64,000 nucleotides of DNA, taken from Leptogorgia sarmentosa. Its lineage: Eukaryota. Position numbers and translations under genes: made by a program. The DNA lies in NCBI GenBank assembly GCA_964658305.1, contig OZ210885.1:17174001-17238000 (forward strand), given 5' to 3'. This document shows, one piece after another, positions 38,449 through 51,165 of the stretch (within the stretch, counting starts at the first letter, position 1; each line of letters opens with the position of its first letter). Under the pieces are notes generated by a model. It was not told where the DNA came from. It ran no database searches and was given only the letters and a program-made list of their open reading frames with translations.

Positions 38449-40384
38449 TTATTATTTATTTGAAATAATTCAAGAGTTTTGATTGGTTAAGAGCAGTGCA
38501 ATAAATCCTCATATTCGACATTATGACGTCGACTAATTTATTCTGCATATGCCAAAAGCGGGAAAATTGTGGAAAATACAAATGGCTTCCTCAAAGGAAA
38601 GGTTTGCCGACCTTGGGGAAGCTGAAATCAGAAAATTGCTGGAAGACAGGGACTCAGTGAACACAAAAAAATCTACAAAAGGAAGCAAAGCGATTTTTGA
38701 AGAGTATCTACGAGAGAAGAAGCTTCACCATCCAGAGAATAGCGAAGAACTAGCTTCGGTTCTCAAAAGCTTTTATGCGGAAGTGAGAAAAAAAGACGGG
38801 TCAGAATACACAAAAAATTCGCTGTGTTGATTAAGATTTGGACTAAATAGACATTTTAAGTCTGTTTTCAACTACGATATTATCAAGGATAAAGAATTTG
38901 ACGAAGCAAATAGCGTGTACGAGGCTCAGTGCGTATATTTAAAGAAACGAGGACTTGCCAAAACCGAACACAAGCCGCCAATAGCCGACGAAGACATCAA
39001 AAAACTATATGAAAGCGGCGTTTTTAATACAGACAGTCCCGCTACTTTGCAAAACAAAGTGTTCTTTGAAATTTTGTTCTTTTTCTGTCGTCGGGGAAGA
39101 CAGAATCTTTGCCAACTAAAGAAAGACAACTTCACTATTAAAATAAACGCGCAAAGACAGCGATGTGTTGTCAAGAAATCGGACGAACTTACAAAAAACC
39201 ACCGGGTGAACGACGCTCAAGCCGAGGAAGGGGGAATGATGGTTGCGAACGATAGTCCCTACTGTCCTGTGTATTCGTTCGAGAAATATTTGACCCATCT
39301 AAATCCACTCAACGAGTTTCTTTTCCAAAGACCGAAGCGTTGCAGTCCTTCTGACGGGATCATTTGGTTTGACAATATGGTCGTCGGCGAAAACACGCTT
39401 GGGAAGAAGATGAAAGTACTATCAAAAGAAGCAAAGCTTTCCATTGAATATACAAACCACTCGATTCGTGCAACCACAATTACAATCCTCGACAGAAATG
39501 GCTATGAAGCGAGACACATCATGTCAGTCAGTGGTCACAAGAGTGAGAGCAGTTTAAAGAGCTACACCAAAACGGGCGAATTAACGAAGAGCAGAATGGC
39601 GGGTTGTTTGTCTTCTGCAATTGATTCAAGTGAACATCACATAGCCGAAACTCCATCTAACGCCATCAACCCTGACATGTCTGCCCTGGCTACGGTAAGC
39701 GAAAATAATGATGAAGATGGGCCTCTTTTAACAAGCTAACAAGAGGAATTGATCATGCGTGATTTCAGCTTCCAGACGACAACACAAACGTCCAAACAAT
39801 ATAATTTTTACAACTGTCAAGTTAACTTTAAGGCGTAAACTGTTAATATTTAGATTCGTGTGAGAACAATTGAACAACACTATTCATTTTGTTGATCATT
39901 TGTATTGTGCGTGTTTTCTCGATTATTTATATAAATATTGTGTTTATTTTCCCCGTTTATTTGCATTTTTGTAATTATGAATACTCTGTATATTTGAATT
40001 GTTTATATTGGAATGTGAATGTAACATTCTTCCATGAGTTTTATATTGAGTTGAAAGAAATTTGTTTGATTTGATTCTTGTTTAGCTATGTTGAATTGCT
40101 TTGACTGCGACCTTGAAATGTACAACAGCTATAAGAACATTTTTCCTTGTAGTCTGATTGCCTTATTCAGTCTTGCGAACACTATATTATTGTTCTATTT
40201 CCAGTATCTTGCAATTGCGTGTTTTTGCAAGCGCTATATACAAATAAATAATAAAACAATTATTGAATTCGGTCTTCGTAGGATATGAGGAATTATTCAG
40301 GCCGAGGTTTGTGTTATCTGCCTCAGCCTGATAACACAAACCTCGGCCTGAATAATTCCTCATATCCTACGAGGACCGAATTCA
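38449..40384 (+). mobile_element. Crypton (tyrosine-recombinase DNA transposon), near full length
   Basis: Single YR ORF. Left end has a CCAAT-type motif (GATTGGTTAA) and the right end a ~58-bp-arm hairpin (40261-40387). No TSD: the flanks rejoin as the satellite variant ATTGTCTA|ATATTGGCC. Confidence 0.85.
38549..39838 (+). pseudogene. Crypton tyrosine recombinase (DUF3504-like), with in-frame stops at 38828 and 39737
   Basis: RFADL, NTKKST, FYAEVRKKDG..Y, FCRRGRQN (R), TKNH, CPV, YTNHSIRAT (HxxR), VSGHKSESSLKSY (H, Y), C-terminal FYNCQVNF. Confidence 0.88.
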
Positions 40385-41553
40385 ATATTGGCCTTATTTT
40401 AGAGAACATTATTGGTCTAGTATTGGCCTTATTTTAGAGAACATTATTGTCTAATATTGGCCTTATTTTAGAGAACATTATTGGTCTAGTATTGGCCTTA
40501 TTTTAGAGAACATTATTGGTCTAGAATTGGCCTTATTTTAGAGAACATTATTGGTCTAGTATTGGCCTTATTTTAGAGAACATTATTGGTCTAGCATTGG
40601 CCTTATTTTAGAGAACATTATTGGTCTGGCATTGGCCTTATTTTAGAGAACATTATTGGTCTAGTATTGGCCTTATTTTAGAGAACGTTATTGGTCTAGT
40701 ATTGGCCTTATTTTAGAGAAGATTATTGTCTAATATTCGCCTAATTTTAGAGAACATTATTGGTCTAGTATTGGTCTTAATTTAGAAAACATTATTGTCT
40801 AATTGGCCTTATTTTAGAGAACATTATTGGTCTAGTATTGGCCTTATTTTAGAGAAGATTACTGTCTAATATTGGCCTAATTTTAGAGAACATTATTGGT
40901 CTAGTATTGGCCTTATTTTAGAGAACATTATTGGTCTAGAATTGGCCTTATTTTAGAGAACATTATTGGTCTAGTATTGGCCTTATTTTAGAGAACATTA
41001 TTGGTCTAGCATTGGCCTTATTTTAGAGAACATTATTGGTCTAGCATTGGCCTTATTTTAGAGAACATTATTGGTCTGGCATTGGCCTTATTTTAGAGAA
41101 CATTATTGGTCTAGTATTGGCCTTATTTTAGAGAACGTTATTGGTCTAGTTTAGAGAAGATTATTGTCTAATATTCGCCTAATTTTAGAGAACATTATTG
41201 GTCTAGTATTGGTCTTAATTTAGAAAACATTATTGTCTAATTGGCCTTATTTTAGAGAACATTATTGGTCTAGTATTGGCCTTATTTTAGAGAAGATTAC
41301 TGTCTAATATTGGCCTAATTTTAGAGAACATTATTGGTCTAGTATTGGTCTTAATTTAGAAAACATTATTGTCTAATTGGCCTTATTTTAGAGAACATTA
41401 TTGGTCTAGTATTGGCCTTATTTTAGAGAACATTATTGGTCTAGTATTGGCCTTATTTTAGAGAACATTATTGGTCTAGTATTGGCCTTATTTTAGAGAA
41501 CATTATTGTCTAATATTGGCCTTATTTTAGAGAACATTATTGGTCTAGTATTC

Positions 41554-41776
41554 TACAAACCACTCGATTCGTGCAACCACAATTACAATCCTCGACAGAA
41601 ATGGCTATGAAGCGAGACACATCATGTCCGTCAGTGGTCACAAGAGTGAGAGCAGTTTAAAGAGCTACACCAAAACGGGCGAATTAACGAAGAGCAGAAT
41701 GGCGGGTTGTTTGTCTTCTGCAATTGATTCAAGTGAACATCACATAGCCGAAACTCCATCTAACGCCATCAACCCT
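41554..41776 (+). repeat. 223-bp near-identical duplicate of the Crypton catalytic segment
   Basis: Matches 39451-39673 with one substitution seen (TCAGTC vs TCCGTC). Confidence 0.9.
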
Positions 41777-41857
41777 TGCGCGCTCGCGCCCGATCTCTAT
41801 ATATTTATCTGGATTCTTGCTAATCTCTCTAAGCTAAGAAGCGCCTGGGTACGAGGC

Positions 41858-44380
41858 TGATACACACCATACACGCTATACACACTATACATGCTATACA
41901 CACGCAATACACGCGATACACACGCGATACACACTATACACGCTATACACGCTATACATGCTATACACGCTATACACTCTATACATGCTATACACGCTAT
42001 ACATGCTATACAGGCTATACACAGGCAATACACGCGATACACGCTATACACACCATACACACCATACATGCTATACACAGGCAATACACGCGATACACGC
42101 TATACACACCATACACGCTATACACACCATACAGGCTATACGTACGCAATACACAGGCAATACACACTATACACACTATACACACTATACATGCTATACA
42201 CACGCGATACACGCGATACACGCTATACACACCATACACACTATACACGCGATACACGCTATACATGCTATACATGCTATACAGGCTATACACACGCAAT
42301 ACAGGCTATACACACGCAATACACGCTATACACACCATACATGCTATACACAGGCAATACACGCGATGCACGCTATACACACCATACGCACTATACACGC
42401 GATACACGCTATACATGCTACACAGGCTATACATGCTATACAGGCTATACACAGGCAATACACACGATACACGCTATACACACCATACATGCTATACACA
42501 CCATACAGGCTATACGTACGCAATACACAGGCAATACACACTATACATGCTATACACACACAATACACGCGATACACGCTATACACACCATACATGCTAT
42601 ACACAGGCAATACACGCGATGCACGCTATACACACCATACACACTATACACGCGATACACGCTATACATGCTACACAGGCTATACATGCTATACAGGCTA
42701 TACATGCTATACAGACTATACACGCGATACACGCTATACACGCGATACACGCTATACACACCATACATGCTATACACACTATACATGCTATACACACGCA
42801 ATACACGCGATACACGCTATACACACCATACACGCTATACACACTATACAGGCTATACGTACGCAATACACAGGCAATACACGCTATACACACTATACAT
42901 GCTATACACACACAATACACGCGATACACGCTATACACACCATACATGCTATACACAGGCGATACACGCTATACACACCATACACACTATACACGCTATA
43001 CACACTATACATGCCATACAGGCTATACACAGGCAATACACACGATACACGCTATGCACACCATACACGCTATACACACTATACATATGCCATACAGGCT
43101 ATACACAGGCAATACACGCGATACACGCTATGCACACCATACACGCTATACACACTACAGGGTGTATCAAAAAAAAGTTTACTGTTGAAAAACATTCTCT
43201 AAATTAACGAGCGCTCAAAATTTCCAAAAACGTTTGTTAGCCTGGGTAGTTTAACACCCTCTGGTATATCTAGCACTAAGTTTATTTTAAAAACAAACTT
43301 TTTCAGAATGGGAAATGTGGTTACTGAAAGGCCCATTAAAAACGGCTTGCGCCGAAAAAATAAGTTTTCTTCACACAATTTGATTTAATCGGATGAAAAT
43401 ATGGAGTATGATATACAAGCTATTCAAGTTTTGAGAAATTTGGTGCACGCTGAGACGAACGTGCGATGTCCGAAAACTGGATTTTGCGTTCTTTCCTGCG
43501 TGATTACCGATTAATTTATGCATAATTGGATATTTGCATTAATTACCAATGCAAATTGCGAGCTTATTCCCAAAGGTCCGTAATTACTCGAAGAAATTGC
43601 GGAAAATCCAGTTTTCGGACATCGCACGTTCGTCCCAGCGTGCACCAAATTTCTCAAAACTTGAATAGCTTGTATATCATACTCCATATTTTAATCCGAT
43701 TAAATCAAATTGTGTGAAGAAAACTTATTTTTTCCGCGCAAGCCGTTTTTAATTGGCCTTTCAGTAACCACATTTCCCATTCTAAAAAAGTTTGTTTTTA
43801 AAATAAACTTAGTGCTAGATATACCAGAGGGTGTTAAACTACCCATGCTAGCCGAAAGTTTTTGGAAATTTTGAGCGCTCGTTAGTTTAGAGAATGTTTT
43901 TCAACAGTAAACTTTTTTTTTATACACCCTGTATACATGCCATACAGGCTATACACAGGCAATACACGCGATACACGCTATACACACCATACACGCTATA
44001 CATGCTATACAGGCTATACAAAGGCAATACACGCGATACACACTATACATGCTATACACACGCAATACGTGCGATACTCACCATACATGCTATACACAGG
44101 CAATACACGCGATACACGCTATACACGCTATACACACCATACACGCTATACACACTATACAGGCTATACGTACACAATACACAGGCAATACACGCTAAAC
44201 ACACTATACATGCTATACACACGCGATACACGCTATACACACCGTACACGCTATACACACCATACACACTATACAGGCTATACGTATGCAATACACAGGC
44301 AATACACGCTAAACACACTATACATGCTATACAGGCTATACACACGCAATACACGTGATACAGACTGTATACACTATACA
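41858..44380. repeat. Complex minisatellite of 9-11-bp TACAC-based units (TACACGCTA/TACATGCTA/TACAGGCTA/TACACACCA)
   Basis: Two blocks, 41858-43157 and 43932-44380, separated by a palindromic MITE. Source of the many low-complexity ORFs in the track. Confidence 0.9.
43158..43931. mobile_element. Tc1/mariner-type palindromic MITE
   Basis: TA|CAGGGTGTAT...ATACACCCTG|TA with ~340-bp inverted arms. A truncated related end lies at ~44381-44435. Confidence 0.85.
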
Positions 44381-44583
44381 CAGGGTGTATAAATAATTAT
44401 GCATAAATTAATCGGTAAATCCAGTTTTCGGACATGTTTCTGTTGCTCTTCAGGCACCAAATTTAACAATGTGGAAATTTTGTTCAATTTATGGAATTTT
44501 TACTTGGAGTTTTGAGAATTTTGGCTTCTTCGGATGGAAATTGAAGATTTAAAAGTGGAAGCCCTGACACACTATACACACTC

Positions 44584-45567
44584 GGGGTTGACTACCGCAC
44601 GGGCGTTCTTTGTGAGTGACGTCAATACATTTGGCATGCGGTTAATCTCACTACTTCGTAATCTCTCCGTAACAAATCGTAGCATGCTCTCAAATTAAGA
44701 TCGCCTTGTTACGTTCGGTCAGCGCCACTGAGCTATACTTATTTCGGCTACTAACCGTATGATATTATAGTATACTACAGTATACTACACAAAACTGCGG
44801 CTGGTAGCCGTCCTATAGTAGATTGAAGAATAATAGATATAATTTCGGCTGCTAGCCGTATGATATTATAGTATACTACAGTATACTACACAAAACTGCG
44901 GCTGGTAGCGGTACTATATAGACGGAAGAATAATGGACAAAATTTCGACTGGTAGCTGTGTCGTAATGGTATTATAGTAAACTATAGTTGACTATAGTAT
45001 GCGTTAAATAGTTTTCATTATTTCAGAGCTTCAGTAGATTTGTAAGGTCAGTTTCTAAGAATCAGATTTTTGTGCGGAAATATATTGGTACATCATGACA
45101 AATTATTAATAAAATTGCCTGTTCAGAGTTCATTTATATAACAGTAATTTGCATAAAGTGCGTAAGAGGTGCGGCGTCGTGCGGGTGAAATAAGTGACAC
45201 AGAGATAAGTGATCATACGTTCGGTTCCCATTGTTGCGTTCATCATTTTCGCTTTGCTAAAATCTTTTTTTCTCGTTGATTGAGTTTCAGTCGCTATATG
45301 GTTAGCTATTAACATCGGAAAGATGAATCAAGATGTATTGCAATGAAACTGGCTAAATTTAATGTAATTTTGGCTGTTTTTCAATTCAAAATTTTCAGTC
45401 CCCAAAATGCACGGGTGATTTATTAAAGTCTGTACTTTGTATAAGGCCGTCACTATTTTCAATCTTAATACGAGCATGCTACGAATTGTTACGGAGAGAT
45501 TATGATTAACCACATGCCAAATGTATTGACGTCACCCACAAAGAACGCCCGTGCGGTAGTCAATCCC
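44584..45567. mobile_element. Mutator-like (MULE) non-autonomous element
   Basis: ~100-bp TIRs GGGGTTGACTACCGCACGGGCGTTCTTTGTG / CACAAAGAACGCCCGTGCGGTAGTCAATCCC. Perfect 9-bp TSD TACACACTC at 44575-44583 and 45568-45576. Confidence 0.85.
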
Positions 45568-45987
45568 TACACACTCTGGATAGTGGATACCAGAATATTC
45601 GCATGCGGTGCTATATTAAGTGGACAACATTTTTAACAGTCGTTTTTTGGGATTGTTCCTTTTGATATGGATGTATTAAGGATTGATCTTGCGTTCTTTC
45701 TCATTTGAGTATGTAAATGTTACACATAAATGTTACACATAAATGTTATTAATGTTTTGCATTTACCTGGTTTTTATTGGTGACTCAAGCATAAGCACGA
45801 GCTGCAACACGAGGCAAAACAAAGAACTTCACGAATTCATACCTAAGTAGTTCTAATACTTATCTTTGAAAGCAGTAAGACAACATTAAATCTAAGGAAG
45901 TCTTGGATATTTATTTTTCTCGCTTTTATTCTCAGTTTTTTGGGTTTTAAGTGCTAAAATTGGTTAAGTTAACGATAAATTCACAAT

Positions 45988-47252
45988 AGATATCTTTGTC
46001 ATCAAGCGCCGCGGGGGGTATTGCGCTATGGTAATTGGGAAAGTAGGACAAACACTAGAATTCTATAGAATATTGTATAGTATGGTTACTACCAAAAGGT
46101 GCGCTTGGGGAACGTGTTCTAATGACTCGAGGCTTCCTCATTTGTTCAAGAAAAACGCTAACGGAGATGAAGTTTGTTTTTCTTCATTTTCCTGGGGCTA
46201 AATACCATGGCGAGAAACGCAAACGATGGATACAAGCTTGTCACGATGGGTTTGTGTGCACTAAATACAGCTACATATGTAGTCTTCATTTTGTCGGAGA
46301 GAATGGTCCTACATCTGACTATCCAGATCCTATATCGGCGGTAAAAAGTGCGGAACAGGCAAGTTTTCATAGACAGCTGTAGTATGTAAATATACTGCGA
46401 ATATTATAGAAATATATTCCGTTTACACGGGATATTTCAAAAATGTAACTTGAAACCTTTGTCAAAGCGGACAACGCTATGTCAAAGCAAACAACAAAGG
46501 TTTCAAGTTACTTTTTTGAAATATCCCGTGTAAACGGAATATTCTCCAGATGATCTCGTATTCGTGTTTCAGCCAATCAGCGCTCAGAAAGGGTTACCCG
46601 AATAGAAATCCATTTTGTTATATTCATACGATTATATCTTTCGTTATTCTGTATGAAATTACTTGAAATTTTGTAATTATGTTTGGTTATGAGAACTATA
46701 GCTCTGACAAAAATATGGAATCGAAAGTATATTATGAGAGATATTCAGTTGTTTCGGTCGAAAAATGGATTTCTATTTGACAGCTAGTCCCAGTCCTTTT
46801 CCGTGTATCGAGATGACCTGGTTTATATAATATTCGCAGTATATTTACATACTACAGCTGTCTATGAAAACTTACCTGTTCCACACTTTTTACCGCCGAT
46901 ATAGGATATGGATAGTCAGATGTAGGACCATTCTCTCCGACAAAATGAAGACTACATATGTAGCTGTATTTAGTGCATACAAACCCATCGCCTCGGTGAC
47001 AAGCTTGTATCCATCGTTTGTGTTTCTCGCCATGGTATTTAGCCCCAGGAAAATGAAGAAAAAACACTTCATCTCTATTAGCGTTTTTCTTGAACAAATG
47101 AGGAAGCCTCGAGTCGTTAAAACACGTTCCCCCAAGCGCACCTTTTGGTGGTAACCATACTATACTATATACTATAGAATTCTAGTGTTTGTCCTACTTT
47201 TCCAATTAGCATAGCGCAATACCCCCCGCGGCGCTTGATGACAAAGATATCT
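45988..47252. mobile_element. Foldback element made of two inverted THAP-encoding ends (ISL2EU-like)
   Basis: Arms 45984-46408 and 46826-47256 are reverse complements. Each encodes a frameshifted THAP exon (KRCAWGTC...FP...W...C...ICSLHF...PDP) ending at a splice donor. AT flanks the AG...CT termini. Confidence 0.7.
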
Positions 47253-47835
47253 ATTGTTGCTACAGAACTTGCAATAAACGCCGCCCTCAAATAAACGCCG
47301 CCCTCGAATAAACGCCATGCTCAAATAAACATCAACTGTATCTAAAGCACCAAAAATTAAAAAATTTATTTAAATAATTACGGTAAGATTTTATTATTCT
47401 GTGCATGTATAGAAAAACATTTGTCCGATTATTCGTCCTACCTTTATACAAGACCAATGTTCATACGTCTGTGTGTATAAAAACGGCCACAGAAGAATAA
47501 TGAGTCAGTGTAGCCAGCCAGACGATTTAGTCCCGCAATGCAAATATTGTCTGATTATTCCTCCCGTCTTTATACAGTTGATGTTTATAGTCTTTCGGAC
47601 GTCCTATGTTTTAACAGAATGTTTTAGACGATTAATGTGCCTCCAAACGCATAGTGCATAGGTAAACATGGTTATCAAACTCTGTGAAACATGCTGTGAA
47701 ACATACAGTGAGATACCAGTCTATAAACTTAACGATAATAAAAGCATTAGCTAACTGTATGCATTTTAATGAGTAGTTAGCCTTGGAGACACGCAAAAAG
47801 AAGAATTAGAGCCCATGCCCAAGTAATAAAATCGC

Positions 47836-49900
47836 ATGCAAACGAAAAAGTTAGATTTGTACTGCCCTTTGTGTTATGAAAACGGTGTTCTGTCAAATAA
47901 TTTGGTACGTACTGGAGAATGGTATAATGGTCGCCTGCCGCGTTTGCACCCACGAATTATTTTCGATACGAATACTGTTATGCTTCTTGTCAGTACGGTT
48001 TACAAATGTTGTAACGGCCATGAAATTGCAGCCTGTCATCCACACATTTGGGAAATTCTTAATACCAAGACAGAAATACCGTTTTTCTTAACGCACAAAA
48101 ACGGCTTTACAATACCTTTAGTCAACCTTGTTGAAGAACTAGCTGACAATGGGCTTAGTTTTGAACTGATTCAAAGCACAATTTCAAGGCAATATAGAAG
48201 CACATATGACCGTTTTGCTGCATCCTTCTGGAGGGACGTGGCCCTGTCGAAGTCACAAGATGTGCCCAACGAACAATCAGATTTGTTTTTTCCTTCATTT
48301 TCCACACAACATTTTCCTAACCCAAGCGTAGACGTATTGAAAGATGTATTCCTGAAACGTTTTTTTCAAAATGAAGAACTTTACGCAAATGCAATGAGAT
48401 CATTGAAAGCAAATTGGATTACGTGCGACCATACTTTCAAAAGTGCATTGGGTATGCAAGATCCGGGAACAGAAAGTGGATAAATCAATATAATTCTGTA
48501 TTTTGCGTGCTCAATGAAAAAGGGGAAGTCATCAACTGGCAGTTCACAGCCTCAAAAGGATTCGAGGAAGTGAAAAAGTTATTTATAGAACTCAAAAACG
48601 GGTTACAACCTGATGAGGCGAAAATAATTTGTATCGACAACTGCTGCAAATGGAACCAGCTTTTAAAAGATATTTTCCCAGCAAGAAAGGTAAAGCAGGA
48701 CTTGTTTCATGCGGTTCAGAGATTTTGTAAGACGGTGAAAATAAAAGATTCATTCCACTGAGAACTGTCTCAGGATTACGGAAGAATTTTTCGCCATCCT
48801 AAAGATACAGGAGACAAGAGAGAAATGGACACGCCTGATGAAAAGATGTTGATTGAAAACTTAGATAATTTTCTCATGAAATGGAAAGATCGAGAATGCA
48901 ATGGAGACAAAATCCTTAACAATGAACGCCTGAAGGAAATTAGCAAGATTCGGGAACATATGAAAAAGGGGTGTCTTAGCAACATTCCACCGCATTGCTC
49001 CACATCTTTGAACGAACGCCTTCATAAAGACATGAGAAAGTTGCTGTGTGTCAATAGGATAGGCGCTCAGCTTGCCTATGCAAAATTCACTAGATATTTT
49101 TTCCGACATAACCAACAAAGAGGAGATGATGATACAATAGAGTCTATTAGGTCAAAAAATCTCAAAGATGTTTGCGATGGTAAAGTTGCACCAGAATTAC
49201 TTAGTAGTGCTTGTTTCGGAATAAGAGCCAAATGCCGAGGCAATTTGGAGTCGTTGCCAGATGTTTCGACCCAACTGAATTTGGATCAAGTAACCGTAAG
49301 TTCTATTCAATGTGGGCTAGAAGATGTCACTAACTTTAACGCACCTGGTGCCACACAATCAGATCCTTTTTTAAACACTAATAGCTGTGCTAAGATTTTA
49401 CATCATGCTTTAGCCATTTTCAAGATGATGTTGGTGGTCAAGAGTAAGTGGTCATCAAAATTAAATAACCTTTTAAAGATGCCATTCCTATTCCAAAACG
49501 TAAAAGATTTTATGCATTTGGACACTTCAAACAGTGATGAATCGTGCGAAAGTGAACAAACTCGTTTGCGTGACGTTGCAAATTCATTTGGGTTCGACAT
49601 TGTTCAGACGAATGGTGATGGTAATTGCTTTTTTACGTCTGTTGCATTTCAGTTGCAACAGATATTGTCGTCTGATCAATGTTCCATGGAACAGCGACTT
49701 TTTCTTAATGCTTTGAGAATAACATCGGATGATGCTTTGGACGAAGTGTCGCGTTATATTACGTGAATTGGTAGTCAGTGAATGGACTGCCAATCAAAAT
49801 GAGTACCGGCAATTCTTTCAAGACATTGACTTAGAACGTGAAATTGAAAGGTTTAGAAGAAGTGGAGAATTTGCAGGTGCACTCTGCGATGCTGTAAAAA
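47836..49900 (+). pseudogene. Putative DDE transposase with an N-terminal Cys/His cluster and a C-terminal OTU-like protease domain (frameshifted, 3'-truncated)
   Basis: CPLC...YKC..GH; CDHTFK; VLNEKGEV; IDNCC; KQDLFHAVQR (DxxH); STSLNERLH; then GDGNCFF (OTU DxxC) and FRRSGEFAG. Confidence 0.6.
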
Positions 49901-50877
49901 TATGCAGAAATGCGCAGACTAAAACACTGGGTAAAATTTAACCCAGGATTAGCCCAGTTAACCTAGCTTCGAACAACCGGCCCCAGGATATTAAGTTAAC
50001 CCAGGGTTAAGCTAGCCCATGCGCTCCTGAACAACTGATCCCAGGTTATTACATGCAACTTGTACTTAAGAATATTATAAAAAGATTGTATTTGTTATAA
50101 AGTCTATATTTGTTGTAATATAATTTAAAATTTTGCCTTGAAACTAGCTACTGTGTCTATTATATACATCATACTTGCTGGATTTGTTCTGACTGGCTAT
50201 AGCCTAGCCAACTAATCGCAAAAATGCCAGTGATCCAACTTGAACTAGTAAACTTAAACTAGTAAAATGAACTACACGTAGCTTAAGTATATAAATGAAA
50301 CTTTAAAAAACTGAACACAGCTCGATTGATTATATTAATGCATGCATGCAGCTGTCACTGATGTCTGCAGTCACTTCTTTCTCGGTTTTCGATTTCTCTT
50401 CGAGTGTTTCGGGTGAAAGAATTGTGACAATTCATCATTTAAAGCGTCTTCCTTTCTCTTCTTTGGGATCGACTTCTCACATTCTGTTAAAAACATGTAC
50501 CTTTCTTGTTACGTAAATGAATGTAGGTGCAGCTAGTTGATCAAATTTTACTACCAACGTCTATAATTCAAAAATTGGTGGGCAGAAAAAACGGGCAATA
50601 TACCTTCCGTCGGCTTCTTAGATGATTCACCTTGTTCACTTTTTTCTAAAACAAATTTAACAAAGTATATATGTATCATAGCCATAAAAAGGTGAAAAGA
50701 ATTACTAAAAATTACAAAATGTCAGTGCGAATTTTTGGATCAGACTCAACCATAAAAGATTCACCTATTTATTACCTTTACGAGAAATAAACTGAGTTTC
50801 ATCCACCCGACCTGAGCTCAAATCGGTTTCGTCTACAAGTTTTTAAACATACCAAAATTAATCAATGTATTTAGCAA

Positions 50878-51165
50878 TTATTGGCCAAAGGCGAAGTAAA
50901 TATTGGTGAATAAAAACCAAGACGAAGGTGAGGTTTTTATTCTCCAGTATTCAATTCGCCTTTGGCGAATGGTTGGTATAATTATACATAGGCACTAGGT
51001 GTAAAAAGTTTACAAAGGCAAATTTAGAACCTAAAAATGTACAAAAAGAAAACAAGCAGCCATTCTGTAAAACGCATTAGGTGATTATTGTGTAATAATC
51101 ACCTCATGCGCAGCCAATCAGCGTTAAGAATTTTCGATAATCACCTATGTAATTAATGCTAAATC
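50878..51165. mobile_element. Crypton-like non-autonomous element (hairpin end plus CCAATCA end) in an intron
   Basis: Hairpin GCCAAAGGCGAA...AAAAACC-AAGACGAAGGTGA-GGTTTTT...TTCGCCTTTGGC and CAGCCAATCAGCG near the other end, the same layout as 30291-30658. Confidence 0.55.

Larger units (their letters stand above)
37640..41552. repeat. 35-bp satellite (TTTTAGAGAACATTATTGGTCTAGTATTGGCCTTA)n, split by a Crypton
   Basis: Head-to-tail units with period 35 at 37640-38448 and 40385-41552, with no spacers. Confidence 0.95.

Noticed and set aside
37640..41552. 35-bp repeats as a CRISPR array
   Set aside because: Units are head-to-tail with no unique spacers, there are no cas genes, and the context is eukaryotic. 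It is a satellite.
41797..44392. Long ORFs of up to 438 aa (HAIHAI/YTLY/CIACIA)
   Set aside because: They are translations of a stop-poor minisatellite, open in several frames on both strands.
47274..47385. AATAAACGCCGCCCTC repeats ending in TACGGTA
   Set aside because: Looks like a lone end of a mariner/pogo-type MITE. No partner end was found, and it is common and uninformative.
49935..50045. TAACCCAGG repeats with TTCGAACAACCGGCCC
   Set aside because: Probably fragmentary Harbinger-type MITE ends that truncate the OTU ORF. Not telomeric and too partial to delimit.
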